Part shown: positions 34,195-43,922 of the stretch, in pieces
Layout: every line of letters starts with the position of its first letter
How positions within the stretch are numbered: the stretch's first letter is position 1
From: an uncultured bacterium
GTDB taxonomy: Bacteria > Margulisbacteria > WOR-1 > CAVSGV01
Length of the DNA: 64,000 nucleotides
NCBI GenBank assembly: GCA_963768305.1
Contig: CAVYHE010000013.1
Location: 1 to 64,000, forward strand
Direction of reading: 5' to 3'
Notes under the pieces: generated by a model
Databases searched by the model: none
The model's input: only the letters and a program-made list of their open reading frames with translations
What the model was told of the DNA's origin: nothing
Position numbers and translations under genes: made by a program

Positions 34195-35220
34195 TCAATT
34201 GCTAACCCTGAAGTTCAGTATATCGCCGTCCTCGACCATGTAGTCGCGGCCTTTAAGGTGGAATTTGCCGAGCTCTTTCAGCTTTGCCTCGGAGCCGGCG
34301 GCCACAAGATCGTCGAATTTGCACATTTCCGCGCGGACAAATTTCTTTTCGATGTCCGTGTGGATTACGGAGCCCGCTTCAGCTGCGAGCGCGCCTTTCC
34401 TAACAGGCCAAGCTTTCACTTCATCAGTTCCCACCGTAAAATATGAGATCAATCCCAGCCCCGCGAAAGCCATCTGGTTCATTTTATCCAAAGCAGATTC
34501 CTTAATTCCCATTTCTTCCATGAAAGCCATTCTATCAGCTTCATCCAGCTGGCTTATTTCTTGTTCTAATTTTGCTGAGACTTGTATAGCCTTCAGGCCG
34601 GTCCTTGAAGATATCGCCGATGATATGGAATTATCATTGATCTTGTCATCAGGAACATTGATCACGACGAATACCGGTTTCATTGTTAGGAACTGGTAAG
34701 TTTTAAGCGCCGTTATTTCATCAGGCGTAAAAGCATGCTCGCGGATGGGCCTTTCTTTTTCAAGCTGCGCCTTGCATGTTTTCATAAGAGCTTCTTCCTT
34801 TGCCCTTGCTTCCAGGAATTTCCTTTTCTGGTCCCTTTCAATATTTTCCAGCCTTTTTTCAACCGCTATAGTGTCATTAATAAGCAGCTCTGAAAAGAAA
34901 TGTGAAACATCGGCTTCGGCATTATCCGAATTGGCGACCCAGCAGATCTCGTCGCAATTTTTCAACTCCTTGAACACCATGTCTTTTGCGGGGCCCTGGA
35001 GATTAAAATCAGGAAGAAGAGTGTATTCAATGCGCGCATATGACTTTTTCGCGGGCTTGAACATTTCGATCAGCTTTGTTAGCCTTAGGTCCTTCACTTC
35101 ACAGATGCCGATCTGCGCTTCCATAGGCTTCAGTTTTATCGTTTCAACAGGAATGCGGGTCAATAGGCTGAAAAGCTCCTGCTGTCCGGATTGCGGGGAG
35201 CCGAGGATTACTATCTTCAC
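34195..35220 (-). CDS. Divergent YchF paralogue (DUF933 C-terminus), degenerate P-loop
   Basis: GSPQSGQQELF in place of GxxxxGKS; ISYFTVG, IHTDIEK, GRDYMVEDGD. Confidence 0.85.
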   Translation of the reverse strand: MKIVILGSPQSGQQELFSLLTRIPVETIKLKPMEAQIGICEVKDLRLTKLIEMFKPAKKSYARIEYTLLPDFNLQGPAKDMVFKELKNCDEICWVANSDNAEADVSHFFSELLINDTIAVEKRLENIERDQKRKFLEARAKEEALMKTCKAQLEKERPIREHAFTPDEITALKTYQFLTMKPVFVVINVPDDKINDNSISSAISSRTGLKAIQVSAKLEQEISQLDEADRMAFMEEMGIKESALDKMNQMAFAGLGLISYFTVGTDEVKAWPVRKGALAAEAGSVIHTDIEKKFVRAEMCKFDDLVAAGSEAKLKELGKFHLKGRDYMVEDGDILNFRVSN

Positions 35221-35723
35221 TTAAGGGCGAAACCGCCGTGTTTCTTGAAGTGCTCCACAAGTCCTCCGTCGGCGAGAAGGATCTGCATTGTTTTCGGTAT
35301 CGGACTTATCTTGAGGGTTGTTCCTTTTGTGATGTTCGTTATGGTCCCGGCGTCAAGATCAACTTCAAGTTCATCATTGTCGGATATTTTGTCCGTGTCG
35401 CATTCTATCGCCGGAAGTCCAAGATTGAAGCAATTCCTGTAAAATATCCTCGCGAAAGACTTTGCAAGGACCGCCGAAAGCCCCGCATATTTGATTGCCA
35501 TCGGCGCCTGTTCGCGGCTTGAGCCGCAGCCGAAATTGCTGCCCGCAACAATGAAGTCACCCTTTTTGATCTTAGAATAGAAGTTCGGGTCCAGGTCTTC
35601 CATGACGTGCTTTGCCAGCTCCGCCGGGTCCTGTATCTTGAATTTGTACCGGCCGGATATTATGTAGTCCGTGTTGATGTCATCGCTCTGGGGAAGCCGC
35701 AACCCTCTGCCTTTTAATATCAT
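35217..35723 (-). CDS. leuD: 3-isopropylmalate dehydratase small subunit (LeuD/HacB type)
   Basis: [29 protein letters not shown]. Confidence 0.88.
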   Translation of the reverse strand: MILKGRGLRLPQSDDINTDYIISGRYKFKIQDPAELAKHVMEDLDPNFYSKIKKGDFIVAGSNFGCGSSREQAPMAIKYAGLSAVLAKSFARIFYRNCFNLGLPAIECDTDKISDNDELEVDLDAGTITNITKGTTLKISPIPKTMQILLADGGLVEHFKKHGGFALK

Positions 35724-35743
35724 TGCGAGACCATTATATCATT

Positions 35744-36049
35744 TTAGCGGATATTTAGAAATTTCTTTATGGCTTTGCCGTAAAGCCTGGTCTTTGCGAT
35801 CGTCCTGAACGTAAGGAACAATATAATTATTCCGACGAACCCGGATATCGCGCTGGATAGCGCGGAAAATGGAATATCAGGAATTTTATAATCCTTTAAA
35901 ATACCAATGGTCCCTTTCGTTTTTTCTTCGAAGTTAAGGTTTGCCGCGACTTTTTCAAGCCCGTCTGGATGCGATGAAGCGAAAAATCCCGCAAGCGAAG
36001 CGATTGCGACAGCTATAATAAAAATTATTAATATCGTCTTATTTTTCGT
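35744..36049 (-). CDS. PDGLE-domain (CbiN/NikN-like) membrane protein, absent from the ORF track; begins at ACG
   Basis: Manual translation: TKNKTILIIFIIAVAIASLAGFFASSHPDGLEKVA...DYKIP...AISGFVGIII. Confidence 0.8.
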   Translation of the reverse strand, partial: TKNKTILIIFIIAVAIASLAGFFASSHPDGLEKVAANLNFEEKTKGTIGILKDYKIPDIPFSALSSAISGFVGIIILFLTFRTIAKTRLYGKAIKKFLNIR

Positions 36050-36770
36050 TTTTTATCTCTCCTTCAAGCTTAAAACCGGTCGATCTCAGGAGATTGATGG
36101 CCAAGACGGTTATCAGCGCCTCAGCCATGCCGATCACTGCGTGAACGGATGCCATGGCGGGAAGTATCCTTGAAAGTTCGATGGTCCCTGACAATGAAAT
36201 TTCCAATGAACATGCGACCGATGCTAGAAGAACTGAAAAAAATGCGGCGATCCCTGCGCCGGCAAAAAATCCGAAATCCGACCTTATCAGTTTATGGATA
36301 ATATAATAAATGTAATATGAGGCAAGCGCGCCGACCACAGCCATATTGATAATGTTCGCACCAATCGCCATTAATCCTCCGTCGGCGAACAATATCGATT
36401 GAACTACAAGAACTGCGGATATCGCCAGGGCTCCTGAGAACGGCCCCAACGCTATTGCTGCGATCACGCCTCCCAAAATATGTCCCGAAGTTCCGTTATT
36501 GATCGGGAAATTGAACATCTGCGCCGCGAATATCAATGAAGCGATGGCTCCCATTTTCATGATATGATTTTCGGCAAAAGTTGACATCAGTCTTTTTGAA
36601 TTTTCAGTTATGTTGCAGCCGATGTTCCCCGCTCCGGCAAGCACCGATTCGGGAACAAGCGCCGACAGCGCCTGCTTCACTTTCGCCAAACAATAGCCAA
36701 GAACTCCTGCGGCAGCGAATGAAGCTCCGGCGGAAACCTTTGGATCAAGAAGGCCGTTAGGTATATGCAT
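36039..36770 (-). CDS. cbiM: ECF-type Co/Ni substrate component CbiM/NikM
   Basis: MHIPNG N-terminus, FAAQMFNFP, GTSGH, FADGG. Confidence 0.9.
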   Translation of the reverse strand: MHIPNGLLDPKVSAGASFAAAGVLGYCLAKVKQALSALVPESVLAGAGNIGCNITENSKRLMSTFAENHIMKMGAIASLIFAAQMFNFPINNGTSGHILGGVIAAIALGPFSGALAISAVLVVQSILFADGGLMAIGANIINMAVVGALASYYIYYIIHKLIRSDFGFFAGAGIAAFFSVLLASVACSLEISLSGTIELSRILPAMASVHAVIGMAEALITVLAINLLRSTGFKLEGEIKNEK

Positions 36771-37535
36771 TTATTGTTCTCCCGGATAGTCCAGATTATA
36801 TGTCGCGCCAAAAACGAAATTCGAGCTTGATGAGTTCTCATTAAGGCCGCATCCGATCGCGGTATCCAGGACCAGTTTCGGGCCGACCCGCCAGTTGATG
36901 CCGACAGCAGTCTCTCCGAAGATATCGCCGGTATAAGTATTTTTGCTGTACTGGATCTCTCCCGTGAAGTTGATGGCGCCGTTCATAGGCTTGACTATGG
37001 CGGCATTGTAAAGGATGAAATCGTTCTCCGGCTGGCCGGCCGGTTCGTCATCAAAAGTATATCCGAAATTGAGCAGATACGTGCAAAATCCGATGTCGTG
37101 TGAATATATGAGCATGTTAGTTATATCACTTTTGTTGTTATTAAGGCCATTGCCGGTATCGCTCGATTTAAGCTGTACCCCAAGAAGATACGCGGTTGAA
37201 ACTTTTCCGTCGCCTCCGGTGAAGAAATTGTATTTAACATTGAAGGTGCCGTTGCTCAGGCCGTCAAAATTGCCGCCTTCCGCCTGCCTGCTGATGTAGG
37301 GAAGCGTCAGGGAAAGTTCAGTGTTCTGGTTGAGTCCGTATCTTGCGGTGGTGATAACCTCGGAAAAACCGCTGTTGTCCCTCTGCGACTGCAACAGCAG
37401 GCCGCTTTCTATGATTATATGAGTGAACGGGGTTATGACGGTATCGGCGGTGTAAAGGGGGCGCGTGGCATAGGCAAAGTTAAAAGGAAAAAGTAAAAAG
37501 GTAAAAATACAGGTTAAAAGTAAAAAGCTTTTCAT
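36771..37535 (-). CDS. Putative outer-membrane channel ('transporter' family) in the Ni/Co operon
   Basis: Signal peptide, RPLYTADT, beta-strand pattern. Confidence 0.65.
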   Translation of the reverse strand: MKSFLLLTCIFTFLLFPFNFAYATRPLYTADTVITPFTHIIIESGLLLQSQRDNSGFSEVITTARYGLNQNTELSLTLPYISRQAEGGNFDGLSNGTFNVKYNFFTGGDGKVSTAYLLGVQLKSSDTGNGLNNNKSDITNMLIYSHDIGFCTYLLNFGYTFDDEPAGQPENDFILYNAAIVKPMNGAINFTGEIQYSKNTYTGDIFGETAVGINWRVGPKLVLDTAIGCGLNENSSSSNFVFGATYNLDYPGEQ

Positions 37536-37550
37536 TTTATTTATCTCCTT

Positions 37551-37955
37551 TCATGTTGTCGTTATGGTCAGCTTTCCGTGCTTGACGCCTTTTGTGCTTA
37601 TCAGCTTGTCCGATATCTGTTTAATGTCCGCTGCTTTTCCTTTAACAATAAGCACTTCCATGCAGTTGTGCTCGTCCAGGTGCACATGAACAGTTGATAT
37701 TATTTGATCGTGGAAATGATGCTGGATTTGGTTGAGATCGTCGGTAAGATCGTGAATTTCGTGGCTGTAAACTATCGTGATCGTGCCGATGACCTCTTTC
37801 GAGCCGAGCTTAACATTCTCCTCGACGATCAAATTCCTAATAAGGTCCCGGATGGCTTCCGATCTGTTGGGATATCCCTTTTTATCGATTATCTTGTCAA
37901 ATGTCTTTATAAGTCCCTGCTCCATCGATACGCCGAATCTCTCAAGATTTGACAT
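37551..37955 (-). CDS. nikR: Nickel-responsive regulator
   Basis: RFGVSM, NRSEAIRDLIR, HVHLDEHNCMEV, KGVKHGKL. Confidence 0.96.
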   Translation of the reverse strand: MSNLERFGVSMEQGLIKTFDKIIDKKGYPNRSEAIRDLIRNLIVEENVKLGSKEVIGTITIVYSHEIHDLTDDLNQIQHHFHDQIISTVHVHLDEHNCMEVLIVKGKAADIKQISDKLISTKGVKHGKLTITTT

Positions 37956-37956
37956 G

Positions 37957-37993
37957 GTAGCACGAATTATAAAAGAAGTGGCACGAATGTCAA
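37957..37993 (-). promoter_or_regulatory. nikR sigma70 promoter with overlapping candidate NikR operator
   Basis: TTGACA-16-TATAAT on minus; GTAGCAC-N14-GTGGCAC imperfect dyad at 37957-37984. Confidence 0.6.
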
Positions 37994-38057
37994 GCGTTTT
38001 AAAACTTCATGCCCGCCAGCAGGTTATATGCCGACAATAAAAATATCAATTATTACT

Positions 38058-38888
38058 TTAAACCATATCTTCCTTTCCAAATCCCATTAATGAAATGAAA
38101 GACGTATATATCAGGAGCAGGACTGGAATAGATGCGAAGCATACAACTATGAACGGTCCTGTCGGCAGGTCCAATCTATAGCTTATGGCCATTGCAATAA
38201 AGCTCATCACAAAGCCGAAAGCCCATCCGAACATCAATCTGTCCCTGATGGTCTTGAAAAAGTAAGTGCTTACAAGAGCCGGCACTATCAGGTATGAAAA
38301 GACCTGAAGAACTCCCGCTATGCTCACCGACGAAGTTATCACTACGCCGAAAAGGATATAGAACATTAGGTCCCACACCATAGTTTTCCTGGCATCCTTG
38401 TTGAAAGATGCGTCAATGAACTGTCTTCTGTATATATAATGTATCGCGCCCACAATGGCATAGATGACAGCTGTCCTTGCCACATCTCCCCACGTTACCC
38501 AAAGTATCTGCCCCGCCAGAAGATCCTTCACGTATTCCATTCCGTGAGCCATTTTTTCCGCAGCGACCACAACAGCGGCCGAAGACAGCGCAAAAACTAT
38601 CCCAATGACCGCTTCTTGAGGGAACACGCTCTCATGCCTCCTTGAAAGCGCGAATATGCCGGAAGCAACAAATGTCATCAAGAGCGCTAAAAAGTAAACG
38701 GGGGTCGAATGGGCCTGGAAGCCCAGCAAAAGCCCCAAAGCGATCCCGAACGCAGCTACCTGCGCAAGGCTCAGATCCACGAAGATTATCCCCCGTTCAA
38801 GCACGTGAAGCCCAAGATAACAGTGGATACCGGCCAGGATCAGCGACATCACAAATGGAGCGAGAAGAAAAAGTGTGGCTTCTCTCAT
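38058..38888 (-). CDS. Zn/Mn ABC transporter permease
   Basis: GLHVLERGIIFVDLSLAQ, EAVIGI, GVLQVFSYLIVPA. Confidence 0.9.
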   Translation of the reverse strand: MREATLFLLAPFVMSLILAGIHCYLGLHVLERGIIFVDLSLAQVAAFGIALGLLLGFQAHSTPVYFLALLMTFVASGIFALSRRHESVFPQEAVIGIVFALSSAAVVVAAEKMAHGMEYVKDLLAGQILWVTWGDVARTAVIYAIVGAIHYIYRRQFIDASFNKDARKTMVWDLMFYILFGVVITSSVSIAGVLQVFSYLIVPALVSTYFFKTIRDRLMFGWAFGFVMSFIAMAISYRLDLPTGPFIVVCFASIPVLLLIYTSFISLMGFGKEDMV

Positions 38889-39808
38889 TATTTGCCTCCT
38901 TCGATGACCGAAACCAGATATTCGTAAAGGTCATCCAATGTTTTGATCGAAAGCGCTCCTCCAACTTCCACGGGCACGGTCACGGCCCTTGAACCTGGCA
39001 CCTCGCGCACTACCCTGTCAGCAAAAGAAGCGTCATAGAAATTCTCGACCACGATCAATTTAATTTTCTGTTCCTTCGCGACATTGATAACCTCCATTAT
39101 GTGCTGCGCCGTGGGCGGGATGCCGGGCTTCGGCTCAAGGTTAATAGGATTGTCTATGCCGAACCTGTCGCAGAAATAATTCAAAGTCTTGTGATAAGTG
39201 ATGATCTTTGTTACCCCCGCTCTAGCTATCCTTGCCTGCCAGAGTTTTGTTTTTTCATCAAGCCTGCTTTTAAGTTTATCGGCGTTCTTTTTGTAAACCG
39301 CCGCATTGTCAGGATCCAGTTCGCCGAGACGGTCAGCGATGGCGACCGCAACCTGGCCAGCGCGGATAGGGTCCAGCAGGAAATGCGGATTTCCGAAAGG
39401 ATGGATATCGCCTTCCGCCCTTGTTACTTTGGTTGTCGGAAGTTCAATGGGCTTAATGAATGAGCCGGCCTCAAAATAGCCTGCGGTTCCTGGCATGACC
39501 TTCGGATTTCTCGCTCCCTGCAGTATGGGAGGCAGCCAGCCTACTTCAAGCTCAAGGCCGGTCGAAACTACCAAGTCCGCATGGTTCACTTTCACCATGA
39601 AAGAAGGCTTTGCCTCCAGAAAGTGAGGGTCCTGCGTCCCTTTTGCCAGGGACTGGACGGAAACATTGTCTCCTCCGACCTCGGAAACTATGGCGGCCAG
39701 GTCGGGAGTGGTGGTTACCACATTAAGCTTTGCTTCTGCGTGCGACGATAATGTTAATAAAACTATGAGGCCAAGAGCGGCGACTGAATATTTAATAATA
39801 TTTGTCAT
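38888..39808 (-). CDS. Zn/Mn ABC transporter substrate-binding protein
   Basis: QDPHF, GLELE, GDIHPFGNPH, EPKPGIPP. Confidence 0.92.
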   Translation of the reverse strand: MTNIIKYSVAALGLIVLLTLSSHAEAKLNVVTTTPDLAAIVSEVGGDNVSVQSLAKGTQDPHFLEAKPSFMVKVNHADLVVSTGLELEVGWLPPILQGARNPKVMPGTAGYFEAGSFIKPIELPTTKVTRAEGDIHPFGNPHFLLDPIRAGQVAVAIADRLGELDPDNAAVYKKNADKLKSRLDEKTKLWQARIARAGVTKIITYHKTLNYFCDRFGIDNPINLEPKPGIPPTAQHIMEVINVAKEQKIKLIVVENFYDASFADRVVREVPGSRAVTVPVEVGGALSIKTLDDLYEYLVSVIEGGK

Positions 39809-39825
39809 TTTATTTTCCCTCCTTT

Positions 39826-40902
39826 TTAATAAGAATGCGCGGGATGCGCGCCGATAGTGATGTTCATCTGTAAGGATATCTTGTCCTCCGCGGGCTTTAT
39901 TCCATCATCCAGATGATCAAGCTGTAGCCTGAACCCGGAGAATTCCGAAGGCGAGTAGCTGAGCAGGTAGCTTTCCTTGCTTTGCGCCGGAATGTCTCCC
40001 TGCGTGTCCACGTAATCATAGCGGGCCTGCGCCCACCATTGTTCCGCGAACTTGTACTGCAGCCAGGATGATCCTCCGTTCAGGAATTCACCGTCAGGAT
40101 CGCCGGCTATGTCGCCCGAAAGATATTCCAAAGTGAAATTAAGCGCCCTGTATTTGCCTCCTTCCAGCGGCTGCCATTTAAAGGTGACATCAGAGCCGTA
40201 AACGTGAGTATATTTGTCGTAGCTGTTGGCGCCGTAAAGGCCAGTCAGCCCCCAATCCATGGTCAGCTCATCCGAAAGGTCCCAAAGATTCCTCAAATGA
40301 AGAAGAGCAGGATGGCTGTTCCTGTTCGTGTTGTTGAAGAGTATCTCGTTCTGCCCTTGGAGGACCTGCGCCGTCACCTCACTGAACCAGTTGACCGGCA
40401 TAAGGGCTGCCGCCGAAACGCCTACTTCGTTCAGGCTGTCACCAACCAGCCTCTGGTCTATAAGCGATGCATCTATGAACGGAAGAGCATGCGTGTGCAT
40501 CAAGTTTTGCCTGTCCAGCGACGCCTTGAACTTTCCTATCTTGAACGTAATGTTCGGGATGTCGGTGGTCTCAACGAACACCTCTTCCGGATCTATCCCG
40601 AATTCGGATGTCGGCGTGCTCTGGCTGATGGAGAGGAGGACGTTAGCACGGAAATACGGGTCGACGTCAGAGAAGAATTGCAGCTCGGCTTCCTGTAGGG
40701 AAAATCCGTTCGCTTCGCCCGGGAAATCGATTAAATTGCCGCCCCTGTTGCTGCTCTGGTAAAGGGTCAGGAAATTGACCGACATATCCGGGTTTGCGTA
40801 CTTTGAATTAACATCGGTATCCGCAAAAACCGTTGAGCCGGCCAGGATGACAAGGCCGATCACAATTAATGAGTATTTAATCAAATTAATAATATAGGAC
40901 AT
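39826..40902 (-). CDS. Outer-membrane porin-like protein of metal-uptake loci
   Basis: NPDMSV, QEAELQFFSDVDPY, N.MHTH, C-terminal GAHPAHSY. Confidence 0.75.
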   Translation of the reverse strand: MSYIINLIKYSLIVIGLVILAGSTVFADTDVNSKYANPDMSVNFLTLYQSSNRGGNLIDFPGEANGFSLQEAELQFFSDVDPYFRANVLLSISQSTPTSEFGIDPEEVFVETTDIPNITFKIGKFKASLDRQNLMHTHALPFIDASLIDQRLVGDSLNEVGVSAAALMPVNWFSEVTAQVLQGQNEILFNNTNRNSHPALLHLRNLWDLSDELTMDWGLTGLYGANSYDKYTHVYGSDVTFKWQPLEGGKYRALNFTLEYLSGDIAGDPDGEFLNGGSSWLQYKFAEQWWAQARYDYVDTQGDIPAQSKESYLLSYSPSEFSGFRLQLDHLDDGIKPAEDKISLQMNITIGAHPAHSY

Positions 40903-40985
40903 CGAATCCTCCTTTGTATATAAATTATTCCTTGTTAAGAAATTAACTTAGGTTCCGGAAATTATTCTTTGAGGATCTTTAAGGG

Positions 40986-41267
40986 TCAGGCCGGGACAGG
41001 AGGGGCGCGGGAGGAGAAAAGAGATAAAATGATCCGGTCGCATGAAATTAAAGGAAGAAATAATAAGCCGATCAAAAATGCGACAACAAAAATTATTTCA
41101 GGGCTGTTCGATATTATCTGAATGCATTGATCCCATTGGCAGATAAGGCAGTCATCATGATCCTTTGCGTCAAAGCCATGGGAATGTAACAGCGGATGGA
41201 AAAGCATTAAAAATGAATATACGATTATTACGAAGGCGAATATAAGCTTATATTTTTTTGTTATCAT
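40986..41267 (-). CDS. DUF2946-like small protein (His-rich, CxxC, C-terminal RAPP)
   Basis: TM, HPLLHSH..HDDCLIC, SSRAPPVPA. Confidence 0.75.
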   Translation of the reverse strand: MITKKYKLIFAFVIIVYSFLMLFHPLLHSHGFDAKDHDDCLICQWDQCIQIISNSPEIIFVVAFLIGLLFLPLISCDRIILSLFSSRAPPVPA

Positions 41268-41283
41268 ATTTATATATTCAGTC

Positions 41284-42018
41284 CTACACAAAGCGCGTGA
41301 CGATATAAATGAAGATCACTCCCAATACGGTAAGCCCTATCAGCTGATATGAACTCCGGTCGCTGTGAGCTTCCGGCAATATGTCGCTCGCTCCTATATA
41401 GAGCAGGAATCCCGCAAAAAATCCCAAATATAAAACCATAAAACGGGCAGAAGCTCTAAAAAGTAACGTAGATGCGGCGCCCAGAACAGGAGTTACGGAA
41501 TCAAGCAGCAAAAGCATCAAGGATCTTTTCATCTGGTTCTTGTGGTTCAGCATCAATGTTACGGTATTCATTCCGTCCGTGAAATCATGGGAGATCACGG
41601 CTATCGCGACAAGCAAACCTATCGCGTAATTGACCTGGAAACCAAGGCCTATGCCTACACCGTCCATAAAGCTGTGTCCGGCAAGCGCCAGCGCAGAGAT
41701 GACCCCCACTTGCGGATGCTTATGCTTGGCATATTCGTCTTCATGGGCATGATGGATAAGAATGCTTTTTTCAAGTATATGGAAAAGCAAAAAACCCGCG
41801 ACCAGGGCGATCATCGCTTCAGTCGGGTTGAAATCATTTGTTTTTATTTGATCGATTATTTCCGGGAAAATATCAAAGCTTACTACCGCGAGAAGGACGC
41901 CTGCCGCGAAGGCCATCAGGGGATGAAGCTTGTCCTTGAACCTGACGGCGAACAACCCGCCCAGAAGCGTTGAAAAAAATGTCGCCGTGGAAAAAATGAT
42001 CGGCATTAAATGCACCAT
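41284..42018 (-). CDS. ZIP family metal transporter
   Basis: FAAGVLL, His-rich loop, HSFMDG, HDFTDG, DILPEAH. Confidence 0.9.
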   Translation of the reverse strand: MVHLMPIIFSTATFFSTLLGGLFAVRFKDKLHPLMAFAAGVLLAVVSFDIFPEIIDQIKTNDFNPTEAMIALVAGFLLFHILEKSILIHHAHEDEYAKHKHPQVGVISALALAGHSFMDGVGIGLGFQVNYAIGLLVAIAVISHDFTDGMNTVTLMLNHKNQMKRSLMLLLLDSVTPVLGAASTLLFRASARFMVLYLGFFAGFLLYIGASDILPEAHSDRSSYQLIGLTVLGVIFIYIVTRFV

Positions 42019-42630
42019 TTAATAATTATACGGCTCCTTTTCCGACCACTTCATTATATAAGGGTCTGTCGGCTCGGGCAAGCTTTCTATCCTGTCCGGA
42101 GCCAGGTACCACTCGTTAACAAGCCTGCTGTCTGTGATATAAACCTGCTGTGAGGAAAGGCTGATATTGTTATATTGTTCGTTCGAGGAAGAAGTCCTTT
42201 TTTGCAAATGGCCGTATATCTTTACCCACTTGCCCGTTTCCAGACGCGCCGTATTCGCGTCAGGGAACCTTATCCCGACCGCCAAAGCATCCGCGGCGCA
42301 GCAAACAATAACGATCCGGACCAGCCCGCATTCATGGTTTTTTGCCAGGTCGGCGTTCTTGTATACGATCCCCCGGACAACATAGTTATTGCTCAATTTA
42401 TCTGGATCCTTGCTGCCGGCGATAACATATAATTCGCCTAAATTCAAACGGACGTATTCTTTCCCTCCCAGCAATTCTCTTCCACTCACTCTTTCTGGGA
42501 AGATCGTGCTTCCCGAAACGGCGAAATTCGATGGCGTGGAAGCGCTGTCATTGGCATCGACGGCCTGCGCGGGGCAGGCCTGGACAATGGCCGTGAAGAT
42601 TATACAAAAAATAAATAAACGTGTTTTCAT
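42019..42630 (-). CDS. YcgQ/DUF1980 C-terminal-domain protein
   Basis: RIVIVCCAADA, WVKIYG, PTDPY. Confidence 0.75.
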   Translation of the reverse strand: MKTRLFIFCIIFTAIVQACPAQAVDANDSASTPSNFAVSGSTIFPERVSGRELLGGKEYVRLNLGELYVIAGSKDPDKLSNNYVVRGIVYKNADLAKNHECGLVRIVIVCCAADALAVGIRFPDANTARLETGKWVKIYGHLQKRTSSSNEQYNNISLSSQQVYITDSRLVNEWYLAPDRIESLPEPTDPYIMKWSEKEPYNY

Positions 42631-42632
42631 GA

Positions 42633-42926
42633 TCAAAATGGCGTTTGGATCAAGTCGGGAACACCCAAAGTTTTGACCGGAACAAAATAGCATAAGAGCA
42701 AAAGCAGGACATACAGGGCGAGATAACCGAAGTTGGTCTCTTTCGGCGGATAAACGAGCTTATAAAGGCCGAGGAAGAGAAGCAATCCGGCGGAGATCAT
42801 CGTGAAGACCTCGAATCTAGGATTGAGATACGCCGTATATGTTCCGCCGAAAGCCAGAACAAAAATGTGCACAGCAATTAGAACAATGTTCAATCCTTCG
42901 CCGTAACGCAGCGCTTTTATGAACAT
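42633..42926 (-). CDS. YcgQ/DUF1980 N-terminal membrane part
   Basis: YLNPRF motif, three TMs, follows the YcgR-like permease. Confidence 0.65.
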   Translation of the reverse strand: MFIKALRYGEGLNIVLIAVHIFVLAFGGTYTAYLNPRFEVFTMISAGLLLFLGLYKLVYPPKETNFGYLALYVLLLLLCYFVPVKTLGVPDLIQTPF

Positions 42927-42927
42927 G

Positions 42928-43827
42928 TTATTTAAATATCCCTCCCCACATCAGACAAAAAATGAAATTCAGGATGACGGTCGTGAAGACCAATCGCGCG
43001 ACGGCTTTTTTCTTAAAGGTATGCAGGAACATCGCGAGTAATTTCAGGTCGAACACCGGTCCCAGCGTCGTGAACCCCAGCTGGGCCATTTTCGGGAAAA
43101 ATGAGAATGAGGCGGCCACGAAGGCATCGGCTTCCGAACAGATCGAGAACAGAACGGCCAGTACGAGCATGATGATCAGCGCGAGCAGGGCGTTGTAACG
43201 GAACGCGGACAGAAAATTCTGTGGCAGGAAAGTCTTAAAAAAGGCCGATGCGCAGGCCCCGAGGATCAAATAACTGGCCATACTATAAAAATCTGAACTG
43301 GTGTGCCCCATGACCCGCTGCCAGGCCGGCCTGCTGTCGCGGCCCGTCCGGTATTGATCGCAATCGCAGTCATCATCGTGGCTGGCATGACGTTCTTTTA
43401 TCAGGAGAGCGTCTGTTTTCTGTCGGGAGAATTGAAGCGATGTAATTATAGCCACCACGCTTATGATGACCAGGCGGCCGATGACCATCGAGAGATCTCC
43501 GCGGAAGGCGATAAAGGTCGCGAATATGGAGACAGGATTCACGACCGGAGCCGCCATCATATACGTAAGAGCGATATGGGTGGGGACTTTTTTCTGTAAA
43601 AGTTTTTTGGTGACCGGCACGACGCCGCATTCGCATGTCGGGAATATGAACCCGAGGATCAATGCGTACAAAAACCCCAGGCTTATTTTTTTCGGCGTAT
43701 ATTTAGCCAAAAATGATTCGGAAACAAAGACTTCCACGACGGCCGCCAGTAAAGCCCCCAAAAGCAGGAAGGGAAAGGCTTCGAGGAAGATCGAAATTGT
43801 GAGCAACGAAAATAATTGCAACTTCAT
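42928..43827 (-). CDS. DUF318/YcgR-type permease
   Basis: EAFPFLLLG, PTCECGVVP, AAPVVNP, SICSEADAF. Confidence 0.88.
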   Translation of the reverse strand: MKLQLFSLLTISIFLEAFPFLLLGALLAAVVEVFVSESFLAKYTPKKISLGFLYALILGFIFPTCECGVVPVTKKLLQKKVPTHIALTYMMAAPVVNPVSIFATFIAFRGDLSMVIGRLVIISVVAIITSLQFSRQKTDALLIKERHASHDDDCDCDQYRTGRDSRPAWQRVMGHTSSDFYSMASYLILGACASAFFKTFLPQNFLSAFRYNALLALIIMLVLAVLFSICSEADAFVAASFSFFPKMAQLGFTTLGPVFDLKLLAMFLHTFKKKAVARLVFTTVILNFIFCLMWGGIFK

Positions 43828-43922
43828 CCAAAGAAAAATAAGCAAATGAACCCTCCGATTATATTTATATATAGCATAGCACGAAAGTCAGGAGTTAAAA
43901 TTAAATAATTATGAGTTAAGAG

